A stretch of DNA of 25,101 nucleotides from assembly GCA_000388065.2 (NCBI GenBank), contig KB932207.1; one strand, written 5' to 3'. Both the position numbers and the translations under genes were made by a program. The notes under the pieces were generated by a model, which saw only the letters and a list, made by a program, of their open reading frames with translations, searched no databases and had not been told where the DNA came from. Below are positions 19,872-25,101 of this stretch, in pieces. Source of the stretch: Fonticula alba ATCC 38817 (Eukaryota; Protista; Nucleariida). Position 1 is the stretch's first letter; each line of letters starts with the position of its first letter.

Positions 19872-22800
19872 ATCGGGGATGGTGGCGGAGGGGGGGAAAA
19901 CAGGCGAAGAGAGGTAGAGTGCTGCGTTACCTGCAGCAGGGGGGGTGGTGGTGGTGGCCAGTCGGGAAGTCGGGCTGCCTTCCGCATGAGCAGCCAGGGG
20001 CATGGGCGACGCGGCGCTCGAGGAACTCGGCGACAGCTGGCCCAGGACCAGGGTCGAGGCCATCGGCGAATAGAGACTGTGGGAGCCACGGCGATGGGGA
20101 GACATGGCGAACATGCTGCCCGACCGGGGCCGGCTGTGCGGGCTGCCCGCAGCCCCGGCCGGGTACCCCGTCGGCGATGGCGACGGACTGCTCGGGGTGC
20201 CCGGGCTCAGGTAGGCGGACATGCTGCTGGGGGATCCGCGGCTCAAACCAGGCGAGGGGGACCGGCCCCCGGTGGACCCGGTGTGACCGCCGCCATACGG
20301 ATGACCCATGCCGCCGCCGCCGCCGCCGCCGCCGCCGATGGGCGCCGCCAGATGAGGAGACCCGGCGGGCTGGGCGCCGCCGAGAAACCCCGGCGACAGG
20401 GGCATCGGATGGATGGGCGATCGGGCGCCAGTGGCCGGCCCGCCGAAGCCCAGGCTGTCAAGAGACCCGGTGACCGCCATCGGGGCCGATCCACGCCGCG
20501 AGGAGGACCGCGACGAAGCGAACTCCGACGTGTAGCGCTCGCTCTCGCGACGCCCCATGACCGAGCGCGGCCGCATGCCGGTCAACAGTGGCGACGAGTC
20601 GTCGCTCATGTCATTGGCGATGATGCTGACTCGGCGTTGGATTTGCTGCTGCACCGAGAGCGATGTGCTGCGCTGGTGCCCGCGCCCCGGGGGGTGCGGA
20701 AACACATGTCCCGAGGACAGATGCTGGTAAGAAAGGTACCCCCCGGCCGCCGGGCCGCCGGGCGAAGAGGGCGCGTAAGGGTTGCCATGCAGCTGAACCG
20801 GCGAAAGGGGCGTCCGCAGGCCGGGCGGCGGCGACCCGGTCAAGTGCTCCATTCCCGTGGCAGCCAAGCCGGTGCCATTGGTGTCGGCCGCGAATGGGCC
20901 CTCATCACCCGGTCCCGGGGACACCGCCCGCTGGGCAGCCACCATCCCCGGGGAGTAGTACCCCATGTCGGGCACCGACGAGGGCCGAAGGTAATCCGCC
21001 GAAGGGGACCGCCGCCGGACGAACCCCCCCGGCATCGAAGCACTGCCGCCACTGAATGGGGCATCTGGAGGCCCGCCATCTGTCAAGTCGATCAATGACA
21101 TGCTGCCGGTGAAACGCACGCCGGGGCTGGGAATGGATCTGATCAGGCCGCCGGATGGAGGGCGCCCGGCCTCCGTCGAGGCAGTCAGGCCCGCGGCCGG
21201 TTCGGCCGCCGCGGCATCCGCAGCAGCATCTCGGCCGTCGGCGGGGGTAGCAGCTGCAGCTGCAGGTGCGCCGGCGGCGGCGGCGGCGGCAGCGGTGGCG
21301 GCGGCGGCAGCACTGGCCGCCGCTGTGGCACTCTCCGCGGCCGCCGCATCGCTGTTATTCACCACGCGAGTACGGATCTCGGTCAGGCCCATCAGGGCCG
21401 ACATGTTGAAGGCGTACAGCAGGATCCCGGCCACGCAATCGGCAAGGAGTGCCAAGAGCCAGCCAAGGGGCTGGATCAGCCGCGGAAACCGCGACCGGTC
21501 GGCCGCAACCACGGCCGCGTCCGGTGCCGCCGCGGTATCCGGCGTCTCCGGCGGGCTGGCTGGCCGGTCGTCGGCCGAGCCACCAGTCGCCAGGGTGTCA
21601 CGCACGCCCGGCGGCAGGAGGGCCGCGCGTCCGGGCCCGGCCACATGCGTCCGTAGGAGCTGCCGGCTGGGCGTGCTGCCGCCCTCAAGCGAGATGGCCG
21701 TTCGCCAAGTGCTCAGGGGGAAGAAGTGGAAGGCCTCAGCCCCGAGGGCCGAGTGCACGCTCAGGCTCTCGATCAGCGCCTCGATGTCCGGGCTTTGGGG
21801 GAAAGTCCCGGCGGAAGGTCCGCCTGGCGGGTGGTCGATCGACGGGCCGCCGGGTGTCCGGCCAGGCGCCCCGGCCGGCGGGCATGCCTGGCCACAGACC
21901 TCCAGCAGGATGCGCGCCGGTGACAGGCCCGAGGCGCGGGCCTCCCCGGCCAGGGGGAACAGAGCCGTGCGAGAGAGCGATGTCGACAAGGCAATATCCC
22001 CGAAGGTCACCGGCCCAAGAATGGTGGCCGAATCCAACAACACACTGGACCCAGGTGTGGTGCCGGAATCCAAGCGCACAAGACACCGGCCCGGCTGGCT
22101 AAGGAGAACCTCCTGCGGCTCGGCCGAAGGGCCGGCTATCGAGGCCGACAGACCGCCCGGCGGGGATACAGCCACCGGGACGGGGGATCGGCTGTGGTCA
22201 TCACCCGCCCGGCCGCCGAGCGGCGTGAAGGCACCAATGTGCGTGAGCCAGCCCGTCGGATCGAGGGTCCGGCTGAAGAGATCCGCCAAGGGGGGGTTGA
22301 GATCCGGTCCGACAAAGGGGTCCGGCTTGGTCGGGGCCATGCTCGGGAACTGGGCCACCAGCAGCCAGGGCGCCTGCCCGAAGTACATGTACCAGCAGAG
22401 GCGCACTGTCAGCGGGACGATGATCAGCCAAGTGAAGATGACTACCGTCGGCCGAGTGACCGTCTGCACGAGAGATTGGAAGCCGGCCTTCAGCAGGCTG
22501 CTGGTGGAAATCTCGCGCTCCTGGCTGTGAAAGACTGGGTGCGTGTGCGTGTGCGTGTGCGTGTGCGTGTGCGTGCATGATCGGGGGGAGGGAGGGGCGG
22601 TCAGCGAGGGTGGGTGTTTTTGCAAACCCCAAGAGAGGGGCAAAAAAAAAAAAGAAAGAAGAGCGTACCGGGCTGGTACACGATCTCATGGTTGCACACT
22701 TCGCAGGTCCTGCAGAAGGAAAGGCGGGGAGCCCAGTTGGGGTAGGAGGGGGTAAGTTGGAAGAAAAAGCAGAAAGGCCACGAGGAGGGGGGGGAGAAAG

Positions 22801-23516
22801 GAGGGATGTGGCCAGCACCGGCCGAAAGTGCGTACTTGGAGTTCCGCAGAGCAACCCATGTCAGGAGACTGGGTGCAGTGTCACAGTCGATGGCACACAT
22901 GCACACGCAATAACAAGAAGACAGGCAGATCCGCATGTACGCGAAGGGGTGGTGGTGAGAGGCAAGGCGAGAGAGGGAAAGAAAGGACGAAGGATCGAGG
23001 GACCGAAGGATCGAAAGGAGGAACGAAAGAAAGAGAGATGGTGGAATGGCACACATCAGCAGAGGAACAGCGGAAAGGGAAGTCAGTGGCGGATGGATCG
23101 CGGGGTCGTCGGGGGGGGGGGGGGGGCACACCCCCCGGCGAGGGGGGGGGGGGAGGCAAAGGGGCGCAACGGACACAAAAAAACAAAGGGAAACGGACAA
23201 TGCTGCCGGAGCACATGCAAGGCTTAACAAAGGTGTTGTAGTAGCCGATGATGCTCATGCGGGTGGCATCGGACACCCGGCCGCCACTGAGAACCGGTGT
23301 GGCGGCCGTGCCGAAGAGCGAGGAGATCCGATGGAGCTGGGCCGGTCCCCAAGGGGAGCTGGTTGAGGCGTCAGCCAGGCCCTCGCCCAGGGCGCCATCC
23401 TCGCCCCAGAGCTGGGCCATGGGATTGGACGACCGACAGATCCGACACTCGGCCTCATTCTGATCAGGTCCCGGATGGTGGGCCGGCTCGGACGACGGAC
23501 CGGTCTCCATGGTCAT
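10859..23516 (-). CDS. MARCHF6: Divergent MARCHF6/Doa10(SSM4)-family multipass ER membrane RING-CH E3 ubiquitin ligase, ~3600 aa; whole gene span
   Basis: Exons 23516-23199, [unresolved 3n+2-nt piece], 22868-22836, 22709-22669, 22534-17139, 16886-15489, 15231-14437, 13992-12946, 12759-12690, 12588-10859. Family motifs occur in the correct order: CRIC...KPCMCSGSI, LLTW...CEVCNH, VIFTWLIIVPLT (TM1), LLADCVAG (TM2), LLGFGGS...LENILWVLMFNSVF...FLPWVIG, VGYVL, K|FLILVILHLLLAPIFTG, AAP|IAVGR, RYRRYFIGWHVLEN (compare MARCHF6 DKYLVGQRLVNY). Confidence 0.85.
12690..12759 (-). CDS. MARCHF6: MARCHF6-like 70-nt exon (one TM helix, LVMYLLISAASIMVFWTLAIAAP)
   Basis: Acceptor CACAG| at 12760, donor A|GTGCGT at 12689. 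Joins to give AAP-I-AVGR, like MARCHF6 LP-V-FAGR. Confidence 0.8.
12946..13992 (-). CDS. MARCHF6: MARCHF6-like exon (LELPLKQEV...LLKTK)
   Basis: Acceptor TTTCAG| at 13993, donor AAG|GTACGC at 12945, both phase 0. Confidence 0.8.
14101..14422. repeat. Direct duplication inside MARCHF6 intron 14436-13993 (~120-nt identical core, 198-nt period)
   Basis: GAGGGCAAGG...GAATCGGCCG...GACAGGTGAAGAGAGGG starts at 14101 and again at 14299. Confidence 0.9.
14437..15231 (-). CDS. MARCHF6: MARCHF6-like exon with TD-domain TM5/TM6 equivalents
   Basis: Acceptor ATGCAG|TTC at 15232, donor CGC|GTGCGT at 14436, both phase 0. Confidence 0.82.
15378..15404. other. Assembly gap (27 N) inside an intron
   Basis: N run. 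Confidence 1.
15489..16886 (-). CDS. MARCHF6: MARCHF6-like exon (LTSALLSG...VGYVL...FLGK)
   Basis: Acceptor CCTAG| at 16887, donor AAG|GTGCGT at 15488, both phase 0. Confidence 0.82.
16936..17017. repeat. Compound microsatellite (GC)n(AG)20(TG)n in intron 17138-16887
   Basis: Read directly from the sequence. Confidence 0.95.
17139..22534 (-). CDS. MARCHF6: MARCHF6-like giant exon (5396 nt): TM1, expanded luminal loop, TM2, giant loop, TM3
   Basis: Lies in ORF 16887..22643. Acceptor CCCAG|TC at 22535 (phase 1), donor GCG|GTACGC at 17138 (phase 0). Confidence 0.85.
22539..22575. repeat. (GTGC/GTGCGT)n simple repeat at an intron 3' end
   Basis: Read directly from the sequence. Confidence 0.85.
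22669..22709 (-). CDS. MARCHF6: MARCHF6-like 41-nt exon (TCEVCNHEIVYQP)
   Basis: Acceptor CTGCAG|G at 22710, donor G|GTACGC at 22668. Encodes the last CxxC of the RING-CH. Confidence 0.82.
22836..22868 (-). CDS. MARCHF6: MARCHF6-like 33-nt exon (LLTWVALRNSK)
   Basis: Acceptor CCCAG|T at 22869, donor AA|GTACGC at 22835 (phase 2/2). Contains the conserved RING-CH Trp. Confidence 0.75.
23199..23516 (-). CDS. MARCHF6: MARCHF6-like exon with the first half of the RING-CH domain
   Basis: MTMETG...ECRICR...KPCMCSGSI followed by donor GTCCGT at 23198 (phase 0). Confidence 0.8.
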
Positions 23517-23582
23517 TGAGACGGCGCGCTTCGGGAAGGGGGACCCGGGGCAATGGGCAGATACTGTTGAAGAGGAAGATCG

Positions 23583-23636
23583 CGTGTGTGTGTGTGTGTG
23601 TATGTATGTGCGTGCGTGCGTGCGTGCGTGCGTGCG
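23583..23636. repeat. (GT)n/(GCGT)n simple repeat in a putative 5' intron of MARCHF6
   Basis: Read directly; followed on the minus strand by acceptor TCAACAG| at 23564. Confidence 0.85.
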
Positions 23637-24237
23637 ACAAAGGAAGAGAGATCGAGAGGAATGGAGGAAGGCAGGGGCCAGGGCAGGGTGCCCGAGTTGG
23701 CACAAGGAGGTCAATAAGTGCCTGTCGAGTACTCGGAGAGGGTTGGTGGCCCGACTCACGCGCACCTTGCGCTCCACTGGGAGGAAAGGAAGAGACAGGA
23801 AGACAGATAGAAGGAGAGGGGAAGACCGCGGCAGGGGCAGTCCCGAGTGGCCCGGTGGGAGAGGCAGGGGCGGCGTGGGAGGCCGGCAGACAGGCGCCCA
23901 GCACAGGAAAAGGGCAGGCAGATGGCGCACGCGTGGGGCGGGCGGCGGAGGGCGCTTCACGACCCCGTCATCAGATCGAGGGCGCGCGCGGGGACAACTT
24001 AGCCAGGATGGCCGAGTGGATGGGCAGGGGACGGCGGGAGGGGGGGGAGGGGTAGACGAGTCTGCAGAGGAGAGGGGAGGAGGAGAGGGGAGGAGGAGAG
24101 CCAAAGAAGGGAGGGGACAGGAAGCGAGGGGGAAGGGGGGCAGACCACCGGGGGGCAGGGAAGGGGGAATGGAAGTGGGGAAGGCTCGTGCTGGGGGGCG
24201 GGGGGGGGGGGGGAGATGGCCGGGGGCAGGGCCATCC

Positions 24238-24588
24238 NNNNNNNNNNNNNNNNNNNNNNNNNNNNNNNNNNNNNNNNNNNNNNNNNNNNNNNNNNNNNNN
24301 NNNNNNNNNNNNNNNNNNNNNNNNNNNNNNNNNNNNNNNNNNNNNNNNNNNNNNNNNNNNNNNNNNNNNNNNNNNNNNNNNNNNNNNNNNNNNNNNNNNN
24401 NNNNNNNNNNNNNNNNNNNNNNNNNNNNNNNNNNNNNNNNNNNNNNNNNNNNNNNNNNNNNNNNNNNNNNNNNNNNNNNNNNNNNNNNNNNNNNNNNNNN
24501 NNNNNNNNNNNNNNNNNNNNNNNNNNNNNNNNNNNNNNNNNNNNNNNNNNNNNNNNNNNNNNNNNNNNNNNNNNNNNNNNNNNNNNNN
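24238..24588. other. Assembly gap (351 N)
   Basis: N run. Confidence 1.
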
Positions 24589-25101
24589 GGGTGAGGACAA
24601 TGCTCGCAGGCCGATCAATGCCTGGCAAACTTCCCCAATCAATGGGTGCGGGCCCGGAGACAGGCAGGCAACGAAAAAGAACATGAGACAGAGCCCTGGG
24701 CCAGACAACATCAGTCCCACCGGGGGCCGGGGGGGGGGGGGGGGGTAATAACAGACTGCAGACTGGCAGGCAAGTTGGCCAGACACACGGCCGTCGGCTG
24801 GCGACCGCCAGGTACATTTCGATCGAACGACTGGGGAGACGTTTTCGCTGCACCCCACCCCAGGGCGCCCGCTCGGCCAGACGGTGGTCTGTTGGGGTCC
24901 GGGGAGATGATCGACCTCGTTCGGGCCTCCACAACACCCAGCCTTTCTCCCTGGCCCCAGGGCCGACAGGAAGAGCGCCCGGGAAACACATCACATCCCC
25001 ATCTTGCCCAGGGTCCCAGCACGAGAAGGCCCTTGGGCATTTGCTTCCCGCTTCCGGCCTGCAGAGAGCGCGCGCGCGAGGGAGAGAGAGAGAGAGAGAG
25101 A

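Noticed and set aside
10799-22530. Long + strand ORFs opposite MARCHF6 (10799..12412, 12643..13506, 15996..16874, 19986..21098, 21100..22530)
   Set aside because: These are stop-poor antisense frames of GC-rich coding DNA; the minus strand carries the family motifs and the splice sites.
23971-25040. ORFs spanning or next to the 351-N gap, including 24711..25040
   Set aside because: Their length comes from X residues or GC-richness, and I recognise no product. They are kept only as possible UTR exons.

Overview
Eukaryotic, GC-rich, intron-containing draft sequence with two N gaps (15378-15404, 24238-24588). The poly-C/CT/CA-rich introns and low-complexity-inflated proteins resemble Fonticula alba or a similar protist; this is inference only. 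The many ORFs collapse into two very large tandem minus-strand spliced genes. (1) A BCAS3-family PROPPIN-like WD40 gene, 9173->693, with 6 exons that splice in frame at GT-AG sites to 7737 nt (2578 aa). (2) A highly divergent MARCHF6/Doa10-family ER membrane E3 ligase gene, 23516->10859, about 3600 aa. It has an N-terminal RING-CH with a ~60-aa insert and no canonical splice route to its His ligand, a ~1350-aa TM2-TM3 loop rich in RRxS motifs, and His in place of the conserved TM5 Glu. The 1.7 kb between the genes carries a chain of minus-strand splice signals from 5 nt after the MARCHF6 stop to 4 nt before the BCAS3 ATG. The first ~350 nt are densely hairpin-forming on the + strand, with partial RNase MRP-like motifs. 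No prokaryotic features, CRISPR, tRNA, rRNA or transposase were recognised.
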